Part shown: piece by piece, positions 29,303 through 39,873 of the stretch
Position numbering within the stretch: the first letter of the stretch is position 1
Layout of the letters: each line of letters begins with the position of its first letter
Source: an uncultured bacterium
GTDB taxonomy: Bacteria; Omnitrophota; Gorgyraeia; Kaelpiales; Kaelpiaceae
Reading direction: 5' to 3'
Assembly (NCBI GenBank): GCA_965541635.1
Contig: CBEUCN010000003.1
Location: forward strand, 1-49,258
Length of the DNA: 49,258 bases
The notes under the pieces: model-generated
What the model was told of the DNA's origin: nothing
Database searches by the model: none
Seen by the model: the letters and a program-made list of their open reading frames with translations, nothing else
Program-made: the position numbers and the translations under genes

Positions 29303-32300
29303 TTTTCACCCTCTCCCTTTTTTCTTTTTTTGCTGGTGGTTTTTCTTTACTCTTTTCTAACCTTACATCTAGAGCCAGGCCTTGCAGTTCTCTTAAAAGT
29401 ACATTTAATGATTCCGGAGTCCCATGCTGGAAGGTATTTTCGCCTTTAACAATAGATTCATAAATTTTCGTTCTCCCCTGTACATCGTCACTCTTTACAG
29501 TAAGCATTTCCTGCAGGGTATAGGCAGCACCATAAGCCTCCAGTGCCCATACCTCCATTTCTCCGAATCTCTGACCTCCAAATTGAGCTTTCCCTCCTAG
29601 GGGCTGTTGAGTAACCAGAGAATAAGGCCCAATTGCTCGGGCATGAATTTTATCATCAACCATATGAATTAATTTCATCATATAGAGATAGCCTACAGTC
29701 ACTTTTTGTTTAAAAGGTTCTCCAGTTCGGCCGTCGTAAAGAGTAATCTTACCATCTTCAGGAAGTCCTGCTTTTCGTAATAGTTCTTTTATTTCTTCTT
29801 CTGTTATTCCTGCAAATACTGGAGTGGCAATCTTTATCCCCAATTTTCGGACTGCCCATCCTAAATGGGTTTCCAAAATCTGTCCGATATTCATTCGTGA
29901 TGGTACTCCTAGGGGATTAAGTACAATATCTACTGGTGTGCCATCAGGAAGATAAGGCATATCTTCCTCGGGTAATATTTTAGAGATTACTCCTTTATTT
30001 CCATGTCTACCTGCCATTTTATCTCCAACTACTATCTTCCTTTTACTAGCAACATGAACTATAATCCTTTTTAATACTCCTGGAGGTAAGATATCTCCCT
30101 TCTTTATCTTTTCAATTTCAGTTTCCATTTCATATAAAATTTCTTCTATTTGGTCATCATAAAACTTAAGAACCTTGGCGATTTCTTCTTCTTTTTCCTC
30201 GTTATCTATAAGTTTAACAACATCGAGATCGCATCTCTCTAAATTTTTGATATGACGTTCGGTTATAATATGATTTTCAGGAATTATTATTCTTCCAGTG
30301 TCCATATCTTGAAGAGGGGTGGCTAATTTCTCACCCAGCAGGAATTTACCTATTCTCTGTAATTTCTCTTTCTGGAGTTGCTTTACTTTTGTTTCGTACT
30401 CTTTCTTGAGTGCTTTTATTTCTCGTAACTCCCGTGATTTTTCTTCTCGGGATAATGTAGCTCCCTCTTTTCTGGTGAATACTTGAACATCTATTACTAC
30501 CCCATATACTCCAGGAGGAACTTTTAGTGAAGTATCTCTAACATCTCCAGCCTTTTCACCAAATATTGCTCGTAACAGTTTCTCTTCAGGAGTAAGTTCG
30601 GTTTCAGTTTTGGGAGAGATTTTTCCGACTAGAATATCCCCGGGTTTTACTTCAGCACCGATTCTTACAATTCCATTTTCGTCAAGATTCCTGAGAATTT
30701 CCTCACTGACATTGGGGATATCTCGAGTAATTTCTTCTGGACCCAGTTTTGTTTCTCTGGCTTCTACTTCAAATTTTTCTATATGAACGGAGGTAAATAT
30801 ATCTTCTTTAACTAGCCTTTCACTGATTAAAATTGCATCTTCAAAGTTGTAACCCCTCCAAGGCATAAATGCTACTAAAACATTTCTACCCAAAGCCAAT
30901 TCTCCATCTTTGGTAGCAGCACCATCAGCAATTATATCTCCTGCCTGAACTCTGTCACCAGCTCTTACCAGTGGTCTTTGATTTATACAGGTATCAGCAT
31001 TAGTGCGTCCGAATTTTATAAGGTTATATTCTTTTCCCCCAATAATTATCTTTTGAGAATCGACATATCTAACTACACCATCTTTTTCGGCAATAACTAC
31101 TGCTCCCGAATCTCGTGCAGCCTTTTCTTCCAGTCCAGTACCTACCAGAGGAGATTCGGTTTCCAATAGAGGCACTGCCTGTCTTTGCATATTTGCTCCC
31201 ATTAATGCCCGGTTAGCATCATCATGCTCTAAAAATGGAATTAATCCTGCAGATACTCCCACTATTTGTTGAGGAGCAATATCTATAAATTCAATCTGAT
31301 CAGGATTTGCTTTTATTAAACTATTTCGATATCGACAGAATACTTCCTTATCTATAAATCTGCCATCTTTATCCAAGCGAGCATTAGCCTGTGCAATGAC
31401 ATAATTATCTTCCTGATCAGCTGTTAAATACACAATTTCCTTGGTGACTTTCCCATTTTTCACTTTTCGATAAGGAGTTTCCAAAAAACCAAATTCATTT
31501 ACCCGAGCGTATATTGCCAGAGAGGTAATAAGTCCAATATTAGGTCCTTCTGGAGTTTCGATAGGACATATTCTTCCATAATGAGAATGGTGGACATCTC
31601 TAACTTCAAATCCTGCTCGTTCTCTATCTAAGCCGCCTGGTCCTAGAGCACTTAATCTTCTACGATGAGTAAGCTCTGCCTGAGGATTGGTCTGATCCAT
31701 GAATTGTGATAAACTTCCGCGTCCAAAAAAGTCTCGAATAAGAGCAGATATCAATTTAGAATTTATAAGATGATGAGGCATAACCGAGTCCATCTCGTAG
31801 ATAGCCATTCGTTCCCTGGCTACCCTTTCTATCCTTAATAGTCCAATTCGGAATTGTTCCTGTAATAATTCTCCCACTGTTCTTACTCTTCTATTTCCGA
31901 GATGGTCAATATCATCAGGTTCCCCTTCTCCTCGACGTAATTTTAAAAGATATCTTACTACCTCTACTACAGTTTCTTTATCTAGCGTTCTTTTATCTAA
32001 GGGGGTATCCATTCCTAATTTTCTATTGATAATGAATCTTCCCACCTGGTGAAGATCATACCGCTTGGGCTCAAAGAAGAGTCTATGAAAATATCCCTCC
32101 GCATTCTCAATAGTGGCAGGATTTCCAGGTTGCATCTTTCGGAATATGTCTATTAAAGCCTCCTCTTTGCTGTGAGTGGGGTCTTTCTTGAGAGTATTTA
32201 TAATTTCTGGAATGTCTTCTTTCACTGTCAGGATTTCTTTTATTCCTTGTTTTTCCAATCTCTGAGTTATTTGAGTGGTTAGGATTTCATATTTGGGAAC

Positions 32301-33032
32301 CAGTGTCTGGTTGGTTTCAGGTTCAATAATCTCTACTGCCAGCACTTTCCCCACTACTTTTCTCCAGTCTCCCCGACTTTCGATTTTTATTTTTTCTATT
32401 CCTCCAAATTGATTAAGAATATCTTCATCACTGCTAAAACCTAATGCTCGCAATAATGTGGTAACTGGAAATTTTCTTCTGCGATCAATCAACACATTAA
32501 GGCATCGCGATTGATCAAATTCAAATTCTAGCCAACTTCCATAGTAGGGGACAATTCTGGCAGTAAATGATACTTTGCCAGTGGGCTCTACAGTTTCTTC
32601 AAAACTTACACCTGGAGAACGATGGAGTTGGCTTACTACTACTCGCTCATCTCCATTTATTATGAATGTTCCTTTAGGTGTCATATAAGGAAGATCGCAT
32701 AGATATACTTCTTGCTCCTTTATTTCTTTAGGAGTTTTTAGCCTCAATTTTACTTTTAAAGGGACGGCATAAGTGATTTCTCGCCGTTTACATTCTTCAA
32801 TGGAATATTTTGGTTTCTTAACTGTGTAGTAAAGATATTCCAGGCGATAACTTCCATCACTACTCTCAATGGGAAAAGTCTCTCTTAGAACTGCCTCCAA
32901 TCCCTGATGTTTTCTTTTTGTTTTGGCGATATCTTCCTGGAGGAAATCCCGATAAGAAGAAAGTTGAATATCTATTAAGTGAGGGGCCTCTATGGGAAAT
33001 TCTACTTTAGCATAACTTATACGTTTAACCAT
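29295..33032 (-). CDS. rpoB: RNA polymerase beta subunit
   Basis: [31 protein letters not shown] and [13 protein letters not shown]. Confidence 0.99.
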   Translation of the reverse strand: MVKRISYAKVEFPIEAPHLIDIQLSSYRDFLQEDIAKTKRKHQGLEAVLRETFPIESSDGSYRLEYLYYTVKKPKYSIEECKRREITYAVPLKVKLRLKTPKEIKEQEVYLCDLPYMTPKGTFIINGDERVVVSQLHRSPGVSFEETVEPTGKVSFTARIVPYYGSWLEFEFDQSRCLNVLIDRRRKFPVTTLLRALGFSSDEDILNQFGGIEKIKIESRGDWRKVVGKVLAVEIIEPETNQTLVPKYEILTTQITQRLEKQGIKEILTVKEDIPEIINTLKKDPTHSKEEALIDIFRKMQPGNPATIENAEGYFHRLFFEPKRYDLHQVGRFIINRKLGMDTPLDKRTLDKETVVEVVRYLLKLRRGEGEPDDIDHLGNRRVRTVGELLQEQFRIGLLRIERVARERMAIYEMDSVMPHHLINSKLISALIRDFFGRGSLSQFMDQTNPQAELTHRRRLSALGPGGLDRERAGFEVRDVHHSHYGRICPIETPEGPNIGLITSLAIYARVNEFGFLETPYRKVKNGKVTKEIVYLTADQEDNYVIAQANARLDKDGRFIDKEVFCRYRNSLIKANPDQIEFIDIAPQQIVGVSAGLIPFLEHDDANRALMGANMQRQAVPLLETESPLVGTGLEEKAARDSGAVVIAEKDGVVRYVDSQKIIIGGKEYNLIKFGRTNADTCINQRPLVRAGDRVQAGDIIADGAATKDGELALGRNVLVAFMPWRGYNFEDAILISERLVKEDIFTSVHIEKFEVEARETKLGPEEITRDIPNVSEEILRNLDENGIVRIGAEVKPGDILVGKISPKTETELTPEEKLLRAIFGEKAGDVRDTSLKVPPGVYGVVIDVQVFTRKEGATLSREEKSRELREIKALKKEYETKVKQLQKEKLQRIGKFLLGEKLATPLQDMDTGRIIIPENHIITERHIKNLERCDLDVVKLIDNEEKEEEIAKVLKFYDDQIEEILYEMETEIEKIKKGDILPPGVLKRIIVHVASKRKIVVGDKMAGRHGNKGVISKILPEEDMPYLPDGTPVDIVLNPLGVPSRMNIGQILETHLGWAVRKLGIKIATPVFAGITEEEIKELLRKAGLPEDGKITLYDGRTGEPFKQKVTVGYLYMMKLIHMVDDKIHARAIGPYSLVTQQPLGGKAQFGGQRFGEMEVWALEAYGAAYTLQEMLTVKSDDVQGRTKIYESIVKGENTFQHGTPESLNVLLRELQGLALDVRLEKSKEKPPAKKEKRERVKNV

Positions 33033-33051
33033 TCAAACCACCTCTCAACAG

Positions 33052-33528
33052 TTATTTCAATTCTACTTTTGCTCCCACTGCCTCCAATTTCTTCTTTATC
33101 TCTTCTGCCTCTTCCTTCTTTATTCCAGTAACCACTGGTTTTGGCGCTGATTCTACAAGTTCTTTCGCTTCCTTAAGTCCGAGATTGGTTACTGCTCTTA
33201 CCTCCTTAATAACTTGAATCTTATTATTGCCAACTTCAGCCAAAATGACATCGAATGTAGTTTTTTCTTCAGCTTCTGGTGTGGCAGCACCTCCTCCAGC
33301 TGGAACTCCTGCTGCTACCCCCATAACTGGCATAGCAGCACTCACTCCAAATTTTTCTTCTAATGCTTTTACGAGATTGGCAAGTTCCAATACAGATAAT
33401 GATTCAATTTCTTCAATAATCTTTTTTTCTTTTTCCCCTAACTCCACAGAACTAGTTTGCTGTTTTTCCTCTTGTTTTGCTTCTTCCTGTTTAACTTCTT
33501 GTTCCTGATTTTGAATATCCTCTACCAT
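33052..33528 (-). CDS. rplL: 50S ribosomal protein L7/L12 with an N-terminal Q/E-rich extension
   Basis: [19 protein letters not shown] and [11 protein letters not shown]. Start moved to the ATG at 33528, which has a GAGGT SD. Confidence 0.97.
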   Translation of the reverse strand: MVEDIQNQEQEVKQEEAKQEEKQQTSSVELGEKEKKIIEEIESLSVLELANLVKALEEKFGVSAAMPVMGVAAGVPAGGGAATPEAEEKTTFDVILAEVGNNKIQVIKEVRAVTNLGLKEAKELVESAPKPVVTGIKKEEAEEIKKKLEAVGAKVELK

Positions 33529-33547
33529 TTTCTTTACCTCCTTCCTT

Positions 33548-34075
33548 TTATTGAGATTCTTTCTTTTCCTTAATCTGCCTGAGAGCATTGACCAAGGAAT
33601 TTATATTAGCCTTAAGCACATATACCAAATTGGAAATAGGTGATTTAATTATCCCAACCATTTGAGTATAAAGAGTATTACGAGAAGGCAACTCTGCTAT
33701 TTTTAATATTCTCTTTTCATCAAAAACTTTACCTTCCAGATATCCTGCTCTGAGTTTTAATCCTTCATATTCTTTCCCCAATTCTTTTATCTGTTTAGTA
33801 ACTACAATTGGGTCTCCTTTTCCATATATCAAGGCTAATTCTGCCTGAATAAAATTAACAATTTGCTCCAGGTGGGAATCTTCTAAGGCTTTTTTTAATA
33901 AATTGTTTCTCACCACCATCATTTCTGAAGAAAGTTCTCTAAGTTTTGCTCGAATATCCTTTAAACCATTTGCATTTATCCCTTTGAAATTTGTAAGTAT
34001 AATGTATTGGGAAGATTGGATTCTCTTTTTATACTCATTAACCATCAGCTGTCTTGTAAGAACCCCAATTTTCAT
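33548..34075 (-). CDS. rplJ: 50S ribosomal protein L10
   Basis: [11 protein letters not shown] and IAELPSR. Lies between rplA and rplL. Confidence 0.96.
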   Translation of the reverse strand: MKIGVLTRQLMVNEYKKRIQSSQYIILTNFKGINANGLKDIRAKLRELSSEMMVVRNNLLKKALEDSHLEQIVNFIQAELALIYGKGDPIVVTKQIKELGKEYEGLKLRAGYLEGKVFDEKRILKIAELPSRNTLYTQMVGIIKSPISNLVYVLKANINSLVNALRQIKEKKESQ

Positions 34076-34767
34076 CTTGTAACCTCCTTGAGGTCTATTT
34101 TGAGACCTGGTCCCATGGTAGTAGAAATAGCCATCTTTTTAATATATTGACCTTTGGCAGAAACTGGTTTTGCCCGATATAAGGCATCTATAAAGGCATT
34201 TATATTTTCTACCAGATGGTCAACGGGAAAAGAAATCTTTCCTATACCTACATTAACCACTCCGGTCCTATCTACTTTAAAATCTAACTTTCCGGACTTT
34301 GCCTCCTTTATTGCTTTTTCTATATTATCAGTAACAGTCCCCACTTTAGGGCTGGGCATTAATCCCCGGGGACCTAAAATTTTTCCCAATTTTCCGACTT
34401 CTCTCATCATATCAGGAGTGGCAATTGCAACATCAAAATCTAACCATCCTGATTGTATTTTGGCTATTAAGTCTTCATTACCCACATAATCAGCACCGGC
34501 TGCTTGTGCCTCTTTTTCTTTCTCTCCTTTAGCAAATACTAAAACCTTTATTTTTTTCCCTAATCCATGAGGAAGAACCACACTTCCTCTAACCATCTGA
34601 TCACTCTTTTTGGGATCAACGTTGAGTTTACAGGAAACTTCCACTGTTTCATCAAAGTTAGGACGAGGAATATCTTTTAAGATTTCTACCGCCTCTCGTA
34701 TACTGTAAACCTTATTAGTATCTACTTTCTCTAGAATTTGATTGAATCTTTTGCTCCTTTTTGCCAT
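34072..34767 (-). CDS. rplA: 50S ribosomal protein L1
   Basis: [14 protein letters not shown] and STTMGPG. Start moved to MAKRSKR at 34767. Confidence 0.98.
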   Translation of the reverse strand: MAKRSKRFNQILEKVDTNKVYSIREAVEILKDIPRPNFDETVEVSCKLNVDPKKSDQMVRGSVVLPHGLGKKIKVLVFAKGEKEKEAQAAGADYVGNEDLIAKIQSGWLDFDVAIATPDMMREVGKLGKILGPRGLMPSPKVGTVTDNIEKAIKEAKSGKLDFKVDRTGVVNVGIGKISFPVDHLVENINAFIDALYRAKPVSAKGQYIKKMAISTTMGPGLKIDLKEVTR

Positions 34768-34768
34768 T

Positions 34769-35200
34769 TTATCCCTCAATCACTTCTATGCCCATACTGC
34801 GGGCAGTTCCCTCTACAATTTTCATAGCCTTTTCTATGTCTTTAGTATTTAAATCAGGAAGTTTCTCCTGAGCAATTTCTCTCAACTTTTCTCTAGTAAT
34901 TTTTCCTACTTTTTCTTTATTGGGCACTCCCGAACCTTTAGCTAGGCCACAAGCCTGTTTAAGTAAAACGGAAACAGGGGGATTTTTAATTATGAAACTA
35001 AAACTTCTATCCTCATAGACCTCAATTTCTACCGGTAATATAAGTCCCATTCTGTCTTTTGTTTTGTCATTGAACGCCTTACAGAATTCCATAATATTTA
35101 CACCATGTTGACCAAGTGCAGGTCCTACAGGAGGAGAAGGATTTGCCTGTCCTCCGGGACAGTAAAGTTTAATTTTTGCCACTACTTTTTTCTTAGCCAT
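34769..35200 (-). CDS. rplK: 50S ribosomal protein L11
   Basis: [22 protein letters not shown] and GTARSMG. Confidence 0.99.
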   Translation of the reverse strand: MAKKKVVAKIKLYCPGGQANPSPPVGPALGQHGVNIMEFCKAFNDKTKDRMGLILPVEIEVYEDRSFSFIIKNPPVSVLLKQACGLAKGSGVPNKEKVGKITREKLREIAQEKLPDLNTKDIEKAMKIVEGTARSMGIEVIEG

Positions 35201-35202
35201 TT

Positions 35203-35727
35203 TTAAATCCTTTCCACTTGCCAGAATTCCAGTTCTACCGGAGTCTGTCTTCCAAATATGGTAAGTAAAACTTTAACCCTGCCCTTTTCTAAATTTACCT
35301 CTTCCACTTTCCCGTTAAAGTTAGTAAATGGACCATCAATTACCCGTACGGTCTCACCTTTTTCAAAAACAACTTTAGGACGAGGTTGCTCAATTCTCTC
35401 TTCACTCTGGTGTTTAATTTTTATAACCTCCTCTTCTGGCAGAGGGACTGGTTTATCTCCTGAACTTAAAAATCTGATTACTCCTGGAGTTCTTTTTACC
35501 AGGAGCCAGGTATCATCATTCATTTCCATCTGTACTAAAACATATCCAGGATAAAATTTGCGTTCGCTAACTCTCTTTTTCCCTGCCTTAACTTCAGTAA
35601 CTTTTTCAGTAGGTACAAATACCTCTTTTATCAAATCTTCCAGTCCTTCTTGTTTAATTTTATTATCTAATGCCTGCTTCACTTTATATTCCTGCCCGGT
35701 CTGAGTTTGAACTATATACCATTCCAT
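35203..35727 (-). CDS. nusG: Transcription elongation factor NusG
   Basis: [17 protein letters not shown] motif VIDGPF and FGRQTPVEL. Confidence 0.99.
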   Translation of the reverse strand: MEWYIVQTQTGQEYKVKQALDNKIKQEGLEDLIKEVFVPTEKVTEVKAGKKRVSERKFYPGYVLVQMEMNDDTWLLVKRTPGVIRFLSSGDKPVPLPEEEVIKIKHQSEERIEQPRPKVVFEKGETVRVIDGPFTNFNGKVEEVNLEKGRVKVLLTIFGRQTPVELEFWQVERI

Positions 35728-35728
35728 T

Positions 35729-35914
35729 TTATTTCAATAAAAATGTCATCAATCTGGAAAGCAGAAAATCAATTACTCCAATATACACAGCCAGAAAGGC
35801 CACAAAGATAAAAGTCACTATAGTGGCTCCAATCAGTTCATTTCTACTCGGCCAGGAAACCTTTTTAAACTCTAACTTTACCTCTTTCAAGAAGTTAGAA
35901 AATTTTTTTATCAT
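35729..35914 (-). CDS. secE: Preprotein translocase SecE (single transmembrane helix)
   Basis: EFKKVSWPSR followed by a TM helix. Upstream of nusG. Confidence 0.97.
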   Translation of the reverse strand: MIKKFSNFLKEVKLEFKKVSWPSRNELIGATIVTFIFVAFLAVYIGVIDFLLSRLMTFLLK

Positions 35915-35932
35915 TTTCTTCTTTCTCCCAAT

Positions 35933-35960
35933 AAAAAATAGCAGTAATTACTGCCTTTTT
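35933..35960 (-). terminator. Short hairpin with a U-tract downstream of tRNA-Trp (weak terminator or processing stem)
   Basis: Minus strand reads AAAAAG-GCAGT-AATT-ACTGC-TATTTTTT. The core GCAGTAATTACTGC is a perfect palindrome. Confidence 0.4.
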
Positions 35961-35961
35961 G

Positions 35962-36036
35962 CAGGCCTGGAGGGACTCGAACCCCCAACCCCCGGATTTG
36001 GAGTCCGGTGCTCTATCCAGTTAGAGCTACAGGCCT
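35962..36036 (-). tRNA. trpT: tRNA-Trp (anticodon CCA); 3' CCA not encoded
   Basis: Cloverleaf with AGGCCTG/CAGGCCT acceptor stem, GCTC/GAGC D-stem, CCGGA-CTCCAAA-TCCGG anticodon arm and TTCGAGT T-loop. Confidence 0.97.
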
Positions 36037-36055
36037 ACTGCCCTATCCATAAAGT

Positions 36056-36205
36056 TTATTTTACCTCTTTATGCAAAGTATGCCTTTTACAGATTTTGCA
36101 GTATTTCTTAAGTTGTAATCGCTCACTAGTATTTTTCTTATTTTTAGATGTTATATAATTTCTGGAACCACACTCACTACAGGCTAATGTAACATCTATT
36201 CTCAT
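36056..36205 (-). CDS. rpmG: 50S ribosomal protein L33 (zinc-type; missing from the ORF track)
   Basis: Hand translation gives [49 protein letters not shown]. Confidence 0.98.
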   Translation of the reverse strand: MRIDVTLACSECGSRNYITSKNKKNTSERLQLKKYCKICKRHTLHKEVK

Positions 36206-36212
36206 TTTCAGT

Positions 36213-37412
36213 TTATTCCACTATTTCTGAAACCACACCTGCTCCTACTGTTCTACCACCTTCCCTTATAGCAAACCTTAATTCCTTCTCCAATGCTACT
36301 GGCTTTATCAACTCTACCTCTAATTCTACATTGTCTCCTGGCATTACCATTTCTACTCCCTGGGGCAGTTTTATCACTCCAGTTACATCTGTAGTCCGGA
36401 AATAAAACTGAGGCCGATATCCATTGAAAAATGGTGTATGCCGTCCTCCTTCTTCCTTCGTTAATACATATACTTGAGCCTTGAATTTTGTATGCGGTGT
36501 TATACTTCCTGGCTCAGCCACTACCATGCCTCGCTCTACATCCTCTTTCTCTATACCTCGCAATAATAATCCCACATTGTCTCCTGCTATGGCTTCATCT
36601 AAAATCTTTCTGAACATCTCTATACTCGTTACCACTGTCTTTCTCGTTTCTCTTAATCCTACTAACTCTACCTCCGCTCCAGGAGTAATCCTCCCACGCT
36701 CCACTCTCCCTGTTACTACTGTGCCTCGCCCTGTTATTGAAAATACATCCTCTATTGCCATCAAAAATGGCTTGTCAATGTCTCTTTTGGGAGTGGGTAT
36801 ATACTCATCTACTGCCTTCATCAACTCTATTACTGGCTTGCATTTCTCACAATCATCTTTGCCACACCCACATTCCATAGCCAGAAGCGCACTCCCTTTT
36901 ACTACCGGTACCTCATCTCCTGGAAAATCATACTTGGATAACAATTCCCTTACTTCAAGTTCTACTAGATCTATCAGTTCCTTATCATCTACTTGGTCAG
37001 TTTTGTTCAAAAATACCACTATCGCAGGAACATTTACTTGACGCGCTAATAATATATGTTCTCTGGTCTGAGGCATAGGGCCATCTGCTGCACTCACTAC
37101 CAGTATCGCTCCATCCATCTGCGCTGCTCCTGTTATCATGTTCTTTACATAATCAGCATGCCCCGGACAATCTATGTGAGCATAATGACGGTTCTCTGTC
37201 TGATACTCTACATGCGCTATGTTAATGGTTAACCCTCTCTCCTTTTCCTCCGGTGCATTGTCGATATCTTCATACTTCTTTTCTTCAGCCATTCCTCTCT
37301 TTGCCAGTACTTTGGTTATTGCTGATGTTAATGTTGTCTTACCATGGTCAACATGTCCTATCGTTCCTACATTTACATGAGGTTTTGTCCTTTCAAATTT
37401 CTCCTTCGCCAT
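36213..37412 (-). CDS. tuf: Elongation factor Tu (tRNA-linked copy)
   Basis: Protein identical to the 21083-22282 copy. Confidence 0.99.
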   Translation of the reverse strand: MAKEKFERTKPHVNVGTIGHVDHGKTTLTSAITKVLAKRGMAEEKKYEDIDNAPEEKERGLTINIAHVEYQTENRHYAHIDCPGHADYVKNMITGAAQMDGAILVVSAADGPMPQTREHILLARQVNVPAIVVFLNKTDQVDDKELIDLVELEVRELLSKYDFPGDEVPVVKGSALLAMECGCGKDDCEKCKPVIELMKAVDEYIPTPKRDIDKPFLMAIEDVFSITGRGTVVTGRVERGRITPGAEVELVGLRETRKTVVTSIEMFRKILDEAIAGDNVGLLLRGIEKEDVERGMVVAEPGSITPHTKFKAQVYVLTKEEGGRHTPFFNGYRPQFYFRTTDVTGVIKLPQGVEMVMPGDNVELEVELIKPVALEKELRFAIREGGRTVGAGVVSEIVE

Positions 37413-37444
37413 CTTTCACCTCCCTGTTTTTGGTCTCCAGATTA

Positions 37445-37520
37445 TGGAGCCCTCGAGCGGATTCGAACCGCCGACCCCGTCCTTACCAAGGACGTGCTCT
37501 ACCGACTGAGCTACAAGGGC
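37445..37520 (-). tRNA. thrT: tRNA-Thr (anticodon GGT); 3' CCA encoded
   Basis: GCCCTTG...CGAGGGC-T-CCA, CGTCC-TTGGTAA-GGACG anticodon arm and TTCGAAT T-loop. Confidence 0.98.
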
Positions 37521-37606
37521 TTTAAAAAGTAACAAAGATAGGACATAACATCCCACCTTTCTCTTTTTATTTAACTCCAAATTGTTGTCTTTAAATTACT
37601 GTAAAA

Positions 37607-37635
37607 AATTTACATTAAAGTTCAAAACTTGTCAA
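37607..37635 (-). promoter_or_regulatory. Sigma70-type promoter heading the tRNA-Thr/tuf supercluster
   Basis: Perfect TTGACA (37635-37630), 17-nt spacer, TAAATT (37612-37607), with AT-rich sequence upstream. Confidence 0.65.
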
Positions 37636-37682
37636 GTATTTTTTGTAAAGTTATCTTTCACAAATTTTATTTTTTATTAATT

Positions 37683-38678
37683 TTAGGAATTGACTAACCT
37701 CATGTTGTCAGTACCTTTATTTGCCCTATTTTCATTTTCCAGAAATTTTAGGAGAGCATATAAAGTTGAATTATAAGGAACTGGAATACCAACCTCACCA
37801 GCCAATTTTACCACTGCTCCATTAAGAAAGTCTATTTCGGTTTTTTTACCACAATGAATATCCTGAAGGGTTGATGATTCATGTTCAGCAGTTGCTGGCA
37901 ATAATCTGGTATAGAAAACTTCGAGGTATTCCTGAGGAGTAGGCCAGTGGGTTCTGTATCCTAATTTTGACATTACTTGATATACTTCAGCAACAATGTT
38001 ATCCATTATATCTCGAGTCCACTTCTGTTCTCCCAATTTACCATAAGGAACATTTAAAATAGCACCAAGAGGATTTAAGGCACAATTATAGAGCATTTTT
38101 GCCCACAAATCTTCTGCAATATGGGGATAAACCTCGCAGGGAATATCGCCATTATTTATAACAGTAGCCAGCTCCTGCAAACACAAACAGTCAGCGTTAA
38201 AAATAGACCCGATATGGATAGGTTCGGCATGGACTGTTATTGTTACTCTATATTTTTGTTTGCGAACAAAACCAGTTATAACCCGAGCATTATAGATTTT
38301 ATCCCTGGGGAAGAATTCTGCAAATATCTCAGCATTTCCCCATCCATTTTGGAATAAAACAATTTTAGTTTTATTTTTAAACAATTGCTTGTGAGAAGAT
38401 AAATCACGGGCAGAAGTAAAACTGTCATATGATTTTACACATACCAGAATATAATCAAATTTTTTATTTTTCCTGATTTCATCCAAATTAGTAAAACACT
38501 CAAATTGATCGGGAAGGAAATGACATTCTCCAAAAATCCCATTCCTAAGTAATCCCTGACTTTTTAAAGCGGCACAAGTCTCACTGCGAGCAAGGATATT
38601 AACCTTCTGCTGGGATTTTAAAAGACAACTTGCTATTCCCAGACCTACTGCTCCTCCTCCATAAATCAGAATCTCCAT
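37683..38678 (-). CDS. panE: Ketopantoate reductase (ApbA/PanE family)
   Basis: GGGAVG Rossmann motif, VCVKSYD, FQNG, WAKMLYNCALNP, SSTLQD and TEIDFLNG. Confidence 0.93.
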   Translation of the reverse strand: MEILIYGGGAVGLGIASCLLKSQQKVNILARSETCAALKSQGLLRNGIFGECHFLPDQFECFTNLDEIRKNKKFDYILVCVKSYDSFTSARDLSSHKQLFKNKTKIVLFQNGWGNAEIFAEFFPRDKIYNARVITGFVRKQKYRVTITVHAEPIHIGSIFNADCLCLQELATVINNGDIPCEVYPHIAEDLWAKMLYNCALNPLGAILNVPYGKLGEQKWTRDIMDNIVAEVYQVMSKLGYRTHWPTPQEYLEVFYTRLLPATAEHESSTLQDIHCGKKTEIDFLNGAVVKLAGEVGIPVPYNSTLYALLKFLENENRANKGTDNMRLVNS

Positions 38679-38680
38679 TA

Positions 38681-38809
38681 TTACTGGGAAATAAGTATAT
38701 TATAAATATCTACATAATTGTTTATTAACTTTACTTGTAGTATAACTATAATCAACAAAAGAATGGCCAGTAAATAATTAAATCTCCTTCTTTCGCTTAC
38801 TAATCTCAT
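38681..38809 (-). CDS. Unannotated 42-aa single-pass membrane peptide
   Basis: Hand translation gives MRLVSERRRFNYLLAILLLIIVILQVKLINNYVDIYNILISQ. A full-length SD (AAGGAGGTGA) lies 5 nt before the ATG, and the stop is 2 nt before the panE ATG. Confidence 0.7.
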   Translation of the reverse strand: MRLVSERRRFNYLLAILLLIIVILQVKLINNYVDIYNILISQ

Positions 38810-38823
38810 ACTGCTCACCTCCT

Positions 38824-38851
38824 TTTTGAGATTATTATTTTGAGATTATTA
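38824..38851. repeat. Perfect 14-bp tandem direct repeat
   Basis: TTTTGAGATTATTA twice, directly upstream of the SD of the 42-aa ORF. Confidence 0.85.
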
Positions 38852-38859
38852 TACTAATT

Positions 38860-39873
38860 TTAGTTTTCTTTTACCGCAATTAAATTATTCTTACATTCAA
38901 AAATACTCCCCAGAAACTGTTCCACTACCCAGATATTTGTACGAGTATGGAGAGAAAGCTGAGTGACAGTAATTTCTCCGCCACAGAAAGCCAGCCAGGG
39001 TATTAAATTATCACCTGTATGAGAATCACATCCTGCCTGAGAATTTATTTCTCGTAATAGTTTATCTACTGCTTCTTCAGCCACTTTTTCTGCTGGTTTT
39101 CCCTTTTCTCCCAGGGCATCTGCTCCCAGAACTGTATTGTAGCATTCTGCCCATACCACAATACCACAACCACAAGATAGAGTATCAAAATATTTTACAT
39201 CTAAATCAAGTAAGTAATTTTCTTTTAAAATTTCTTTTACTTTATCTTTCATACGTTCTCCTACTTTATTTTTGGAGAGTTCTTTACTGGCATGGATTAT
39301 TCCAGCAATTTTGTATACAGCTTGACGATGAGTCAAATCTATCTTTCTCCGTTCCTTCCAGGGATAAATTTTTACCTCAACCTCCCCTCCTCCCTCAGGA
39401 TAATAGCCTTGATTTAAAATTTTTATATCTAACTTTACTCCCATAATAGACAAAATTGGTACCAAAACATTTTTGTAGTAATCTACTGGAATTGCCTTGG
39501 GTACATGAGTTCCTCCTCTGATTTTTAATCTAACAACATTCTCACTTTTCATAGCCAATGGAAGAACCAGAGTTTGCAATAAAAGTCCAATAGAGCCGGC
39601 TGTGCCGATATCTATATTTAAATTTTTAGCATAAAATCCCTGAGGTATAAATTCCACACAACAGGACCCAATAGAAAGACCTTTGACTTTAGCATTACAT
39701 AGTTCAGCCATTACCTTAAATCCTGTATAATGCTGGGAGCGAAGTCCAGGTTTGGGTCTTTTTCCTCTTATGTTGTAAATTTTAACTGGCTTGTTTAAAA
39801 CGGCAGAGAGTGCAAGTGAAGTCCTTAGAATTTGGCCTCCACCTTCAAGATAATCACCACAAATCTCAACCAT
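38860..39873 (-). CDS. rtcA: RNA 3'-terminal phosphate cyclase
   Basis: EGGGQILRTSLALS, RPKPGLRSQH, GTAGSI, GYYPEGGG and the catalytic His in LHTRTNI. Confidence 0.96.
   Translation of the reverse strand: MVEICGDYLEGGGQILRTSLALSAVLNKPVKIYNIRGKRPKPGLRSQHYTGFKVMAELCNAKVKGLSIGSCCVEFIPQGFYAKNLNIDIGTAGSIGLLLQTLVLPLAMKSENVVRLKIRGGTHVPKAIPVDYYKNVLVPILSIMGVKLDIKILNQGYYPEGGGEVEVKIYPWKERRKIDLTHRQAVYKIAGIIHASKELSKNKVGERMKDKVKEILKENYLLDLDVKYFDTLSCGCGIVVWAECYNTVLGADALGEKGKPAEKVAEEAVDKLLREINSQAGCDSHTGDNLIPWLAFCGGEITVTQLSLHTRTNIWVVEQFLGSIFECKNNLIAVKEN

Noticed and set aside
21083-37425. tuf repeats as the ends of a composite mobile element
   Set aside because: The enclosed genes are essential core genes in conventional order, with no transposase or integrase.
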